Of a stretch of DNA of 64,000 nucleotides, positions 38,201-47,763 are shown piece after piece (within the stretch, counting starts at the first letter, position 1; each line of letters starts with the position of its first letter). Source of the stretch: an uncultured bacterium (GTDB taxonomy: Bacteria; Krumholzibacteriota; Krumholzibacteriia; LZORAL124-64-63); NCBI GenBank assembly GCA_903912525.1, contig CAIWHK010000032.1:110409-174408 (forward strand), written 5' to 3'. A model generated the notes under the pieces. The model was not told where the DNA came from and did not search any database. It was given only the letters and a program-made list of their open reading frames with translations. The translations under genes were made by a program, and so were the position numbers.

Positions 38201-41200
38201 TTCGCCGTCGATGCGGCGGACGCCCTCGCGTTCCCACCGGCTGCCCAGGAAACGGAGGTCCGACAGTTGCAGGTGGACGGTCGACGGCGCGCCGGCAGTC
38301 TCGTTCTCGTACCAGACGCGCGCGTGCGTCACCGCCTTGATGTTGGCGACCGTTCCCGCCGAGACCGAATCGAGCGCGGCAAGCGGGATGCGGTACTTAC
38401 GCCAGGCGATCCCGGCCGCCACGAGATCCCCGACGTTGTCGTAGTCACGCACGACGTCGACCAGAGCCGGCGTTTCCTTCAGGTCGATCGCCACGGTGTA
38501 GAAGCCGTCATCCTTGTCCAACCGCCCGTTGGCGTTCAGGTCCTCGGTATCCTCGCGGTTGTTGCGCGCGGTGTTGTTGATGCGCGGGAACGGGTCGTCG
38601 GCGCCGACGAAATCGGCGTCATAGAGCTTTCCATCGGAAGCATCGCCGTCCAGGCCGATGTCCTCGTCATAGGTCCACACGCCGTCAGGCTGGTTGTTGA
38701 CAATGCCGTCTTCCCGCTGGAGCGAATCGGTGACCAGGTTGCCTTGCGTATCCTTGGGCCAGAACCCGTCCTCGTTGATGTAGCCGAAATCGAAGTGCAG
38801 TGTTCCCGACCGCAGGGTCGTATCCGGCACTGCATCGTTGACCCAGACCTCCACGAACTGCGACTTCGACAGGTCCAGCCCGGTCCGGCTGATGCCGCGC
38901 ATGATGCCGCCCCAGTTCTCCGGTCTCCAGAGGCCGTCGGCGCGCAGGTAGAGATCCATAGCCGTCTGGGTCTCATCCCGCTCCTGGTTGACCAGGTCCG
39001 GGTTCAGGTAGCGCCGCAGCACGCGCTCCTTGGGCAGGAACCAGCGCAGCGTCGGGACACGATCCTCGGGCTCGAACTTCCGCGAGTCGATATGTTCGGT
39101 CAACCAGCCGGCTCCCAGTATGGGCTGACTGGCCCACGACCAGCCCAGGCGGTTGAGGGAGACCATGTCGGAGGCGTCCACGCCCTCGAAGTCCTCCAGG
39201 TAGACCTGGCCCTTGGTGTTTGGGTTGGGCATGCTGAGCGCCAGCTCACCCAGAAACTGGAGGCTGCTTTCGCGCTCTGAGTCGTTCCGGCTGAGGAAGT
39301 TCGCCACCGACGTCAGGAACCGCGGCTTGAACGTGTGCAGCAGGTTCACGTTGCCGACCATGTTCTTGCTCGGCTCCTCGCCCAGCTTCGCTTTCTCGCC
39401 GACGATCGCCTCGCTCTGGTACAGCAGGCTCGTCGCCAGCTTGCTGTCGCGCCCGAGGTCGTAGCCCAGGCTGAGGCCCATCAGGCTGGTGTTCCCGCCG
39501 CCCATGAACGGCGCGAACTGGTAGTCGACCGAGATCTTGCTGTCGGCCGTCAGGTTCGCGGCATCACCCTTCAACTGGATCTCGCCGAAGGTGTAGTCGA
39601 TCTCGTAGTCCACGTTGCGTGTCAGGGTCCGCCCGTCGACAGTGACCGTCTCCGAGCCTTCCTCGATATTCGAGGCGCCCAGGCTGATGCTGCTGCTGGC
39701 CGCCGCGTGGCGGGCCACGATGTTGAATTCGCTGTGGGTGACCAGTTCGCTCTGCTGGGTATCCTCGGCGTAAATGCGGCTGAGGCCGGCGATGCTCAAC
39801 TGCAGGAACGTCCCCGTCCACGCGAAGTTCTCCACGTCGGCGTACTCCGCGTACTTCTCCGGCGGCGCGTTGAACGGCTCGGGAAAATCGAGGGGGAACT
39901 TCAGCAGCCCCTTCACGAGGTCGATCAGGTACGGGTTGTCGGCGTCGGCGAGCCCGTCATGTATCGTCTCACCCTGCGGGTTGGTCCGGTCCAGGCCGAA
40001 GACGCGGATGTAGTCGATCTTGTTCGCGCTGTCCTGCGCCGGCTGGCTACTGCCGGGATCATTCTTCTCGATGCGCAACTCGAACGTGGCAGGATCGATG
40101 TTCGCGCCGCCCAGCGAATAGATGTTCCGCAGCACGTACTTGAAGACGTGCGGAACCGTGTCCGTGGACAGCGACTTCAGGAGCTTCATGCGGTAATAGC
40201 TGCCGGTGCCGCCGGTGACGGTCTGCACCGGCGAGCCGATGACCTCGGGATTGTCGCCGATCCGTGCGACTTCGCCGCCCTGCGCGTCCTCGACGATGTA
40301 GACCACAGCCAGCACGTCGGAGGCGTCCATCTGCGTGCGCATGTCGATGGCGATGAGACCGCCGTTGCTGTCGAGCATCGGGTCGAACGCCGTATATTCA
40401 CGCCAGCGCGGGCCGTAATCGTGCGGCGCGGTAAAATCGATGCTGCCGTCACCCCACGCCCCGAAGCCGAGGCTGTCGACATAGACCGCCACGTTGGAGA
40501 TGTCACCGGGCTGGAACGTCCCGGTGGGCATCAGTTCGAACACCTTGACCGAACTGTACCGGATGCGCTCCCCGTTCCGGCGCCCGAAGGGCTCGGACTC
40601 GGGCAGGTCGAGGCGGAAGAAGCGGTTGTTGAGGTACGCGTACGCGGGGATGATGTTGTCGGAAACCTGCCCACCCTTGGCGTTGAACTGCTTGGAACTG
40701 GACTCCGCCTTCTGCTTGGACGCGACGACGGTGAATTCGGCGCGCCCGACCTGGCCGGTGACCTTAACGCCGAACAGGCCGGATTTGTTCGAGCTGTAGC
40801 CCATCAGCTGGCTGCCCGGCAGGGTCAGGCCGACGTCGCCCGTTTCGATCGTCTTGATGATCTCGTCGTCCAGGCCGCGGTACATCAACTTGATCTTCGT
40901 GGCGTCCGGGCCCATCTGCTGGCTGTTGTGGTCGACCTCGAGGATGATCTTCTCGCCGATGGTGCCCGAGAGGTTGATCGACAGCTGCTGCTCCATGTCG
41001 AGCGTCGGGAACAGGGACTGGCTGCTGACGCGCTCGCTGGCGACGAACGGCTTGGTCACCGTGCTCTCGCCGCTGAGGGCGATGTGCTCGCGTCCAGTGA
41101 TCTTGATCTGGGTCTTCTCGCCCTTGCCGATGATCTTCTCGAGTGTGCGCGGCAGCTTCACGGGAATCGTCAGGTTGATCAGGCCCGAGTCCTGCGTCCC

Positions 41201-41809
41201 CTTGGATCCACCAGTCACGTTCAGCGCGTCGGTCCGTCCGAGTGTCGTCGCCACGGTATAGCTGCGCAGCGAGTAGGCGCCGATGTCGTCGACGAACAGG
41301 TCCACCACGTCGTCCCCAACCGGTCGCGGCGGGTACCACGTGAACCCGCCGGGCAGGGTGTCGGCGAGAGGCATCAGGTTGAAGTAGCGCGGGTGCCTGA
41401 CCCGGGTGACGATGCCCAGCAGGTCATTGTATTCGACCAGGCTCTCCTGCCGCACGAGATCGACGTTGGCGCGCTGGCGCCACTGGCGACGCCAGATCGT
41501 GGACGCGTCCGGCTGCCGTCCCGGCTCGCGCAGCGGATCGACACCCTGCCGGAGCAGGCGCTCCCGCAGGATCAGGCGCTCAGGGCCAAGGAGGCGCGGG
41601 TCATCCGTGGTCCGCAACAGGACGTCCAGGCCGGGCACCGGCGCGCCGGCTGGCGCGGCCGCGTCGACGGGCGCATCACTCTGGGCCTGGGCCCCCGCCG
41701 GCAGGCACGCGAACCACGCCAGGGCAGCCACCACGGACCACAGCCGGCAACCGGCGGGGAACCAGCCCCGCCAACATGGGTTTCCGAGCCTGCCAGATGA
41801 CCGGGACAA
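35219..41809 (-). CDS. sprA: Type IX secretion translocon SprA/Sov homolog (about 2200 aa)
   Basis: LDMEQQLSINLSGTIGEK, IKLMYRGLDDEIIKTIETGDV, GLFGVK, SETVTVDGRTLTRNVDYEIDY, WGGIMR, EDLNANGRLD, beta-barrel C-terminus ending in F; TTG start after AAGGAG. Confidence 0.9.
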   Translation of the reverse strand: MSRSSGRLGNPCWRGWFPAGCRLWSVVAALAWFACLPAGAQAQSDAPVDAAAPAGAPVPGLDVLLRTTDDPRLLGPERLILRERLLRQGVDPLREPGRQPDASTIWRRQWRQRANVDLVRQESLVEYNDLLGIVTRVRHPRYFNLMPLADTLPGGFTWYPPRPVGDDVVDLFVDDIGAYSLRSYTVATTLGRTDALNVTGGSKGTQDSGLINLTIPVKLPRTLEKIIGKGEKTQIKITGREHIALSGESTVTKPFVASERVSSQSLFPTLDMEQQLSINLSGTIGEKIILEVDHNSQQMGPDATKIKLMYRGLDDEIIKTIETGDVGLTLPGSQLMGYSSNKSGLFGVKVTGQVGRAEFTVVASKQKAESSSKQFNAKGGQVSDNIIPAYAYLNNRFFRLDLPESEPFGRRNGERIRYSSVKVFELMPTGTFQPGDISNVAVYVDSLGFGAWGDGSIDFTAPHDYGPRWREYTAFDPMLDSNGGLIAIDMRTQMDASDVLAVVYIVEDAQGGEVARIGDNPEVIGSPVQTVTGGTGSYYRMKLLKSLSTDTVPHVFKYVLRNIYSLGGANIDPATFELRIEKNDPGSSQPAQDSANKIDYIRVFGLDRTNPQGETIHDGLADADNPYLIDLVKGLLKFPLDFPEPFNAPPEKYAEYADVENFAWTGTFLQLSIAGLSRIYAEDTQQSELVTHSEFNIVARHAAASSSISLGASNIEEGSETVTVDGRTLTRNVDYEIDYTFGEIQLKGDAANLTADSKISVDYQFAPFMGGGNTSLMGLSLGYDLGRDSKLATSLLYQSEAIVGEKAKLGEEPSKNMVGNVNLLHTFKPRFLTSVANFLSRNDSERESSLQFLGELALSMPNPNTKGQVYLEDFEGVDASDMVSLNRLGWSWASQPILGAGWLTEHIDSRKFEPEDRVPTLRWFLPKERVLRRYLNPDLVNQERDETQTAMDLYLRADGLWRPENWGGIMRGISRTGLDLSKSQFVEVWVNDAVPDTTLRSGTLHFDFGYINEDGFWPKDTQGNLVTDSLQREDGIVNNQPDGVWTYDEDIGLDGDASDGKLYDADFVGADDPFPRINNTARNNREDTEDLNANGRLDKDDGFYTVAIDLKETPALVDVVRDYDNVGDLVAAGIAWRKYRIPLAALDSVSAGTVANIKAVTHARVWYENETAGAPSTVHLQLSDLRFLGSRWEREGVRRIDGEQLLSRGERLPDEEFFLGEVNNKENPDYSPPFSVHVENNIPDKEQSLVLNFQDLERGHLMRISKQVSPRGDDYTSYRNMSWYWFNPSHGTADLDLLFRVGADSLNYYEVAYRFSDGAAKTGWHRSSIGLAELSNAKTGDLAEDGSLHAIVPDMESGDEYRVRVVGRPDLRRVRRYFVCVANNALSAPANGYFYINDVRLEGIKRDQGVAERAGVRLNMADVFKVDFDWRHTDDEYHGLDKRTGSGVDKGEWNLTNSFNVEDFLPLAGFRLPVNGSRRQSIDRPKYVTNSDIEIIDPDMLSAMSTISTREQFSARLNHTPAKAALLRYMVDPWSVQLSGSREKTDSPLQLLRSKSLQGSLNFDLRIQGSYTLGAYPVFRWFPIIKGLSVVPRRVALGASFSSTEGATTTIAENGLVTVRPVDRKRIGKLTGALDYSPLSIADIAFGVNSDRDLMREEKVGGVNIGQENRRSYDLRITFAPPKGVKLSSSPFLVPARLALRLVDRLNPSLQFTGGFADIHDPATRQPGDPEGVRSVSNSGGWDLRLQVPVGDAVKAVFPEQRRSDSQRDQMLAQQRRLEERESRRPPGASPTMPNTAPAVGDTAQSRGGAGTPETRATTPVAAEDDLLLTPDERQRREDERLIAAAEERIAREQEEQRGGAATGVVVPGAGPPPASEATTGAGHGFGPRTLVEPFVSALRNTQPVKVTLTRRRNSSYVRLLDPASFWYEAGFTSGLDVDATRFAARGFDEQESVTLATNTKLTRQLSLDLKYASNNTVREQVGSESRSLREEWPDVQVSLSGIEKWRLLGGGGKEGEGWFRSSSFNVGYKKSLTVNGYTATVFSPTYSTTVQPRWSFTFPSGLSATLNANLKWDEVRGNGVMTKTNQARYGLQVRHQFRAEQFLAKMGLYRPGSSQNVTLDVDLAYQSDRTDRVNPGFADTAPTGQKRLSLDPRFTYQISKNLNGALRFKFARSNNIATGQHSTTLGLGVEATFVF

Positions 41810-42057
41810 ACGCGGGATCTCCTTGATGGCGCGGAGTCGGCCGGCAAAATACTGCTGGTCCGGCCGTCGCCCGTCTACGAAAATGGTCAGGCTGTGCCCT
41901 CGGAGGGGCCCATCCTTCCGGCTCCCGCACCGGGAGTCGTGAAAAGTCCGGCTCGGACAGGCCATCCCGGAACGCTCGGCACCCGGTTCGCCGGACGTCG
42001 GCGACGGGGCGCACGCGGCCTCAGCGGCTTGCCGCCGCCACAACCACGAAAGCGTCT

Positions 42058-43464
42058 ATGCGCTTGATTAACAGGCACTTGCTCACTGCGACCGCAGGGC
42101 CCTTTGTCTTCGGCTGGGTCGTGATCACGTTCCTGCTGATGATAGATGTCCTGTTCAGGTACGTCGATCTGTTTGTCACCAAGGGCGTTCCGTTCCTCCT
42201 GGCCACACGGGTCCTGGGCCTGAGCCTGGGGCATACTTTTGCATTGTCCGTGCCAATGGCGGTGCTGGTCGGCGTGCTGATGGGCGTCGGGCAACTGGCC
42301 GCCGATCATGAAATTACGGCGATGCGCGCCAGCGGGCTCAGCCTGTGGTCGATCGCCCGCCCGCTGTTCCTGGCCGCCGCCCTGATCACGGCCACCCAGG
42401 CAGCCTACAACCACTACGTCTACCCCCGGTCCAACCACCTGCTGGTCAACCTGTTGCAGGACATCGGCCGGCAGAAACCGATGCTGGAAATCCGCGAGCA
42501 CCAGTTCACCGACCTCAATGACAAGCTGACCATCTACGTGCGGCACAAGGACGACCGGACCGGCGTCATCGGCGAAGTGTCCATTTTTGAAAAGGCCCAG
42601 CCCGGCGACCCGTCACCGCGGCTGACGATCGCCGCGCGCGGCCGGATCATCCCCGACCACGACCAGAACCTGCTGCGGATCGAACTCGAAGACGGGGAAA
42701 TCCACGAGATCCCCGATGCCCAGAAACCCGGGACCTACCAGCTGACCCGGTTCAAGCGGCACAGCCTCGTCGTCGAGCACATGGAACAGGATTTCCAGGA
42801 ATCCGACCGGACGGCCCGCGGCGACCGCGAGATGGACCTGAAGGAACTGCGCGCGGCGATGCGGCAGGAGATCGGCCACCAGGACGACGTGCGCGCCCGC
42901 GTCCGCGAACTCGCGGCCGGCGTGATCGACGAGCAGTGGAAGGCCCTCGACGCCGACGGACGCGACGACCTGATCAGCGCGGGCGCCGCCGGGGACCGGC
43001 CCCCGGCGCAGGTGCTTGACGGGCGGTTCCGGGTGACCCGGCAGAAAGTCGAGCGGGCGCTCGAGCAGGACCGTTACCAGGTGCGCCTGTTCGAGAGCTA
43101 CCAGATGAAGGCGAACAAGTACGGCGTCGAGTACCACAAGAAGTTCGCCATTCCGGTCGCGTGCGTGGTTTTCGTGCTGCTGGGGGTGCCCATGGCGGTG
43201 GCCGGCTCCCGCAGCGGCCGGGGCATCAGTGTCTCCCTGGCGCTCGCGGTGTACCTCATCTACTACGCGTTCCTGATGGGCGGAGAAAAGCTCGCTGACC
43301 GCGGCAAGCTGGACCCCATCGTGGCCATGTGGAGCGCCAACGTCGTCCTGACCGCGATCGGCATCCCGCTGTTCGCGCACACCGTGCGCGAAGGCCGCCT
43401 GCCGGACCTGCCGCGACCGTGGCGGCGGCGCGCCGTGCACGACGGCACGACTGGGGCGCACTGA
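42058..43464 (+). CDS. lptF: LPS export permease LptF
   Basis: LAADHEITAMRASGLS, periplasmic jellyroll, VEYHKKFAIP, AMWSAN. Confidence 0.88.
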   Translation: MRLINRHLLTATAGPFVFGWVVITFLLMIDVLFRYVDLFVTKGVPFLLATRVLGLSLGHTFALSVPMAVLVGVLMGVGQLAADHEITAMRASGLSLWSIARPLFLAAALITATQAAYNHYVYPRSNHLLVNLLQDIGRQKPMLEIREHQFTDLNDKLTIYVRHKDDRTGVIGEVSIFEKAQPGDPSPRLTIAARGRIIPDHDQNLLRIELEDGEIHEIPDAQKPGTYQLTRFKRHSLVVEHMEQDFQESDRTARGDREMDLKELRAAMRQEIGHQDDVRARVRELAAGVIDEQWKALDADGRDDLISAGAAGDRPPAQVLDGRFRVTRQKVERALEQDRYQVRLFESYQMKANKYGVEYHKKFAIPVACVVFVLLGVPMAVAGSRSGRGISVSLALAVYLIYYAFLMGGEKLADRGKLDPIVAMWSANVVLTAIGIPLFAHTVREGRLPDLPRPWRRRAVHDGTTGAH

Positions 43465-44537
43465 TGGCCATCATCCACCGCCGCCTCCTGCTGACCTTCC
43501 TGCGCTACCTCGGGTTGGGGCTGGTGGGTGCGCTGATCCTGTTCACGCTTGTGGACCTGCTCGAGCACATGGGCAGCCTGGTCGACAATTCGGCCACCAC
43601 CAGCGAGATCCTGCGGTACTACCTCTACAAGGCCGCCTGGATCGTCGACATCGTCCTGCCGATCGCCATGCTCATGGCCACGCTGTTCTCGGTGGGCCAG
43701 ATGGCCCGTTACCTGGAGCTGACCGCCCTGTTCGCCGCCGGCTGGTCCCTGATGCGGGTCACCCGCCCGTTGGTTGTTCTCGCCGCCGGGGTGTCACTGA
43801 TGTCCCTCGGCTGGCGCGAGTTCGTGCTCCCCAAGGCCAACGTCGAGCGCGACCGGGTATGGGAAGTGGAGATCCACGGCCGCGCCGACCTGATCCGGCC
43901 GACCCAGAACATCGCCCTGACGGGGCCGGACGGACGACTCTACTACGCTCGGCGGTATGACCCGGGCAACAGCCTGCTGACCGGCCTGAAGATCGTGACA
44001 CGCCAGGGTGCGCGGATCACCGAACGGATCGACGCCGCGCGCGCCGAATGGGATGGCGAGCACTGGACGCTGGTCGACGGCACGCGCCGTGTGTTCGAAG
44101 GCGATGCCGAGCGGCTGACGACCTTCACGCGCCTGACCGCCACCGACCTGACCATCAAGCCGAAGGCCTTCGAACGGGACCGCATCGCGCAGGAGGACAT
44201 GAACATCCGCCAGCTGCGGGAATACGTCGGCCTGGTGCGCCAGACGGGCGGCAACCCCCGCTCAGCCGAGGTGGACCTCCAGTTCAACCTGGCGTTCCCG
44301 CTGGTCAACCTGATCGTCGTGCTGATGGGTATCGTCCTGGCCTCCGGGCCCCGGAAGACCACGGTTGCCTCGGGATTCGGGCTGACCATCGCCGTCAGCT
44401 TCGGGTACTACCTGTTCATGAACTTCGGCCGGGCGCTGGGGCACGCCGGCGTGGCGCCCCCGGTCCTGGCCGCCTGGGCCGGCAACCTGTTCTACGGATT
44501 GGCCTTTGCCGGACTGTTCCTGCGGGCCCGGCGCTAG
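43464..44537 (+). CDS. lptG: LPS export permease LptG
   Basis: ELTALFAAGWSL, IDAARAEWDG..W, LAFPL, PPVLAAWAGN; TGATG overlap with lptF. Confidence 0.88.
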   Translation: MAIIHRRLLLTFLRYLGLGLVGALILFTLVDLLEHMGSLVDNSATTSEILRYYLYKAAWIVDIVLPIAMLMATLFSVGQMARYLELTALFAAGWSLMRVTRPLVVLAAGVSLMSLGWREFVLPKANVERDRVWEVEIHGRADLIRPTQNIALTGPDGRLYYARRYDPGNSLLTGLKIVTRQGARITERIDAARAEWDGEHWTLVDGTRRVFEGDAERLTTFTRLTATDLTIKPKAFERDRIAQEDMNIRQLREYVGLVRQTGGNPRSAEVDLQFNLAFPLVNLIVVLMGIVLASGPRKTTVASGFGLTIAVSFGYYLFMNFGRALGHAGVAPPVLAAWAGNLFYGLAFAGLFLRARR

Positions 44538-44687
44538 GGACCGATGGCGGCTGATTTGGCTGGACTCCTTGCCTGGGCCGTCCTAGCTTGGTAAATTGAA
44601 TGCACAGGCAGACCGGTCCCGGGCCGCGTCCCGGGATCGCTGATCGGCACCGCCTCAGGCGACCCCACAGGGAGAGCAAGCTAGCCC

Positions 44688-45368
44688 ATGAAACGCGTTT
44701 CCATCCGCCTGGCGATCTGCCTCGCCTCCGTCCTGCTGGCCCTGCTCGGAGCGGGCTGCAAGGAAAACAGCAAGCCGCGCATCACCCGCATCAACGTCAG
44801 CCCTGCCTGCGGGGTGGTGCCGGTCGAAGTCGTGGCCACCGCCTACGCTTCCGGCGGCGACGAGTCGGGCGACCCGCTCGGCGGCAACAACAACCTCGAG
44901 ATGAACTGGGCCTTCGGCGACGGCGGCAACGGTTCCACCTCGGTGGCGTACCACACGTTCAACCAGGCAGGGACCTACAACGTCGTCGTGACGGCTGTCG
45001 ATCCCGCCGGGGAAACGGCCAGCGCCACGGTGCCGGTGACGGTGCTCCCGGACAGCCTCGTGGTCGAGCCTTCGACCAACTTCCCGTCCGGCACGGTCAC
45101 CACGAGCGACATCGTCCACTTCGCGGCCGCGGTGACCACCTGCGACGTCGATTTCCCCGGCGTGCCCGGCGACGCCGTGAAGTTGTCGTTCCGCTGGCAG
45201 ATGAATGACGCGACCCACCAGGTCTACACCGGCTCGAACCCGTCCTTCAGGTTCGTCACGGCCGGCGAGTACGACGTGAACCTGACGGTGACCTATGCGG
45301 CCTGGGCCGTGACCCGGCACAGCACGATCCACCTCACGGTCACCGCGCCGCCGACCGGGGCCAACTGA
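44688..45368 (+). CDS. PKD-domain lipoprotein
   Basis: Lipobox LLGAGC; WAFGDG..HTFNQAGTYNVVVT and a second PKD-like FVTAGEYDVNLTV. Confidence 0.85.
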   Translation: MKRVSIRLAICLASVLLALLGAGCKENSKPRITRINVSPACGVVPVEVVATAYASGGDESGDPLGGNNNLEMNWAFGDGGNGSTSVAYHTFNQAGTYNVVVTAVDPAGETASATVPVTVLPDSLVVEPSTNFPSGTVTTSDIVHFAAAVTTCDVDFPGVPGDAVKLSFRWQMNDATHQVYTGSNPSFRFVTAGEYDVNLTVTYAAWAVTRHSTIHLTVTAPPTGAN

Positions 45369-45410
45369 CCTCACGTCGGGCGCCCCCGGGCGACCCGAAC
45401 TGATGAAAGC

Positions 45411-45446
45411 AGCGGCGGGGCTCCGGGAGCCCCGCCGCTTTCGTTT
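45411..45446. terminator. Intrinsic terminator between convergent PKD gene and metK
   Basis: AGCGGCGGGGCTCC-G-GGAGCCCCGCCGCT followed by TTCGTTT. Confidence 0.85.
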
Positions 45447-45485
45447 GTCTTCTTCGTTTGTCTTCCGTCGTTCGTCGAAGGCGCC

Positions 45486-46631
45486 TCAGCGCACAGCGGC
45501 CTTGAGCTTGTCCGCGAGGTCGCGACGCTCCCACGAGAAGTCCTGGTCGTCGCGCCCGAAGTGGCCGTAGGCTGCCGTCGGCGAGAACACCGGCTTGCGC
45601 AGGTCCAGACGGGTGATGATGCCCTTGGGCGTCATGTCCGCCACCTCGCGGATTGCCGCGACGATCTTCTCCTCGGGCACCTTCGCCGTGCCGAAGCAAT
45701 CGACATTGATCGACACCGGCTCGGCGACGCCGATCGCATAGGCCACCTGCACCTGGCAGCGGTCGGCCAGGCCGGCCGCCACCACGTTGACGGCCAGATG
45801 CCGGGCCGCGTAGGCGCCAGAGCGGTCAACCTTCGTGGGATCCTTGCCGCTGAACGCGCCGCCGCCATGGCAAGCACTGCCGCCATAGGTGTCGACGATG
45901 ATCTTGCGGCCGGTCAGGCCGCAGTCACCCTGCGGGCCGCCCACGACGAAGCGACCGGTCGGGTTGATGTGCTTCTTGTAGCCCGCGTGGTCGACCTTGA
46001 ATTCCTTCAGGACCGGCTCGATCACGTGCACCGTAATCGCTTCCTGCAGGTCGGACAGCTTGACGGCATCATCGTGCTGCGTCGAGACGACGACCGTCTC
46101 GACCTTGACCGGCAGGTTGTTCTCGTAGAGGCAGGTGACCTGCGTCTTGCCGTCCGGGCGCGCCCAGGGCAGCGTCCCGTCCTTGCGTCGGGCCGCCAGG
46201 CGCTGCGCCATGCGGTGCGCCAGGGTGATCGGCAGCGGCATCAGGACGTCGGTCTCGCGGCAGGCGTAGCCGAACATCAGGCCCTGGTCGCCGGCGCCGC
46301 CCGGGTCGACGCCCATGGCGATGTCCGGCGACTGCTTGTCGATCGACACCAGCACGGCGCACGAGTCCGCGTCGAAGCCGATCGCGGAGGACGTATAGCC
46401 GATGCGCCGGATCGTATCGCGAACCAGGGTCGGGATGTCTACGTACGTCGAGGTCGTGATCTCGCCGGCAAGGCAGGCCATGCCCGTGGTGACCAACGTC
46501 TCGCAGGCGATGCGACCGGTCGGGTCCTTCGCCAGGATGGCGTCGACGACCGCATCGGAGATCTGGTCGGCCACCTTGTCGGGATGACCCTCGGTCACCG
46601 ACTCGCTCGTGAACAGGTACTGGTTACTCAT
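45486..46631 (-). CDS. metK: S-adenosylmethionine synthetase
   Basis: [49 protein letters not shown]. Confidence 0.99.
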   Translation of the reverse strand: MSNQYLFTSESVTEGHPDKVADQISDAVVDAILAKDPTGRIACETLVTTGMACLAGEITTSTYVDIPTLVRDTIRRIGYTSSAIGFDADSCAVLVSIDKQSPDIAMGVDPGGAGDQGLMFGYACRETDVLMPLPITLAHRMAQRLAARRKDGTLPWARPDGKTQVTCLYENNLPVKVETVVVSTQHDDAVKLSDLQEAITVHVIEPVLKEFKVDHAGYKKHINPTGRFVVGGPQGDCGLTGRKIIVDTYGGSACHGGGAFSGKDPTKVDRSGAYAARHLAVNVVAAGLADRCQVQVAYAIGVAEPVSINVDCFGTAKVPEEKIVAAIREVADMTPKGIITRLDLRKPVFSPTAAYGHFGRDDQDFSWERRDLADKLKAAVR

Positions 46632-46683
46632 GTCGACGATCCTTCCCCTCGTATCCGGGCCGCCCACGCTGTGGCGACCGGCC

Positions 46684-47763
46684 TCAAACGTTGTGCGCCC
46701 TTGCGAGCGCCTCCTTCAACCTGACGATGCGATCGACCGGGACCGGGTCCACGTTAGCAAGAACCGCCAGATGGCAGCTCAGATAGTCGCCGTACTGCAC
46801 CAGTGACATGACCCTCGACAGGGCATCAGCCCCTCCGCCCCGCAACTCATGCACCACGCCGAACTGCCCGGTCAGCAGTTCGCGGGTCAGCCCGACGCGC
46901 AATGACGTCCGGGGATGCTCGTCGGCCGCGCGCAGGATCAGCAGCGCGAACCGCTCGCGGTCCGCGGGATCGAGGCACCAGCCCACGAGGTCGTTGTGGT
47001 CCAGCTCGGGAAACGCCGCCAAAAGGGCCGGCAGCTTGCTGTTCTCGTTCAACTGCGCCTTCAGGCGCATGCCTGCAGCGTGGCTTTCTCCCCCGCAAGT
47101 GTAGATCACCGGCACACGGCCCGCCAGTTCGCGGGCCAGGGCACCGGCCGCCACGTTCCCCTCCGGATCGCTCTCCCAGCCGGCGACCTCCGGACCCCAC
47201 GGGCGACGGCGCGCGGGGTCGGCGCGGTCGAGCGCGGCGGCCGCCGCCTCGAGCGCCACAGCCGGGTCGGCAATGACCCCCAGCCGGCCCAGGACGCGGA
47301 CCAGGGCCCCGAACCCGTAGCCGACGCTGGCGCGGGGCGGCAGCCCGCCCGGCAGCACGACGATCGGCACACCATCTGTCGCGGCCAGGGCCGCCAGTTC
47401 CCCGCCGGTGGTCACCGCCAGGCGCCGGCAACCGCGCTGCCCTGCAGCCGTGTAGGACGAAAGGGTCTCTTCCGTGCCGCCGGAATAGCTGGCGGCGATC
47501 ACCAGGTCGTCGGCACCCACCCATGCGGGCAGACCGTAGTCGCGCCAGACGGTCAGGGACACGCCACCGGCCGCCAGCAGTGGCTGCGCCAAGTCGCCCG
47601 CGATGGCCGAGCCTCCCATGCCGCACATCACGATCCGCCGGACGCCTGGGGCCGGCGTGATCGTCTCGAGGCCGGCCAGACCCGCGCTCTCACGCAACTG
47701 CCCCGGCAGCGCCGCGACCAGCTGGAACATCCGCCCCGCCCCACCCTCGGGCCAACGGCTCAT
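46684..47763 (-). CDS. Bifunctional phosphoglucose/phosphomannose isomerase (SIS)
   Basis: [46 protein letters not shown]. Confidence 0.9.
   Translation of the reverse strand: MSRWPEGGAGRMFQLVAALPGQLRESAGLAGLETITPAPGVRRIVMCGMGGSAIAGDLAQPLLAAGGVSLTVWRDYGLPAWVGADDLVIAASYSGGTEETLSSYTAAGQRGCRRLAVTTGGELAALAATDGVPIVVLPGGLPPRASVGYGFGALVRVLGRLGVIADPAVALEAAAAALDRADPARRRPWGPEVAGWESDPEGNVAAGALARELAGRVPVIYTCGGESHAAGMRLKAQLNENSKLPALLAAFPELDHNDLVGWCLDPADRERFALLILRAADEHPRTSLRVGLTRELLTGQFGVVHELRGGGADALSRVMSLVQYGDYLSCHLAVLANVDPVPVDRIVRLKEALARAHNV

Noticed and set aside
41810-42043. N-terminal extensions given by the ORF track for sprA (and for mcp, coaX, lptB, kdsD, pyrG and others)
   Set aside because: Downstream starts have RBS, signal-peptide or gene-overlap support; the extensions overlap neighbouring genes or promoters.
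45440-45480. Short direct repeat TTCGTTTGTCTTC x2 and similar TTCG-rich tract at 24220-24245
   Set aside because: Low-complexity terminator tails with no spacers or periodicity; not CRISPR.
46632-46690. SAM riboswitch before metK
   Set aside because: Only about 50 bp separate metK from the upstream gene, and no SAM aptamer motifs are present.
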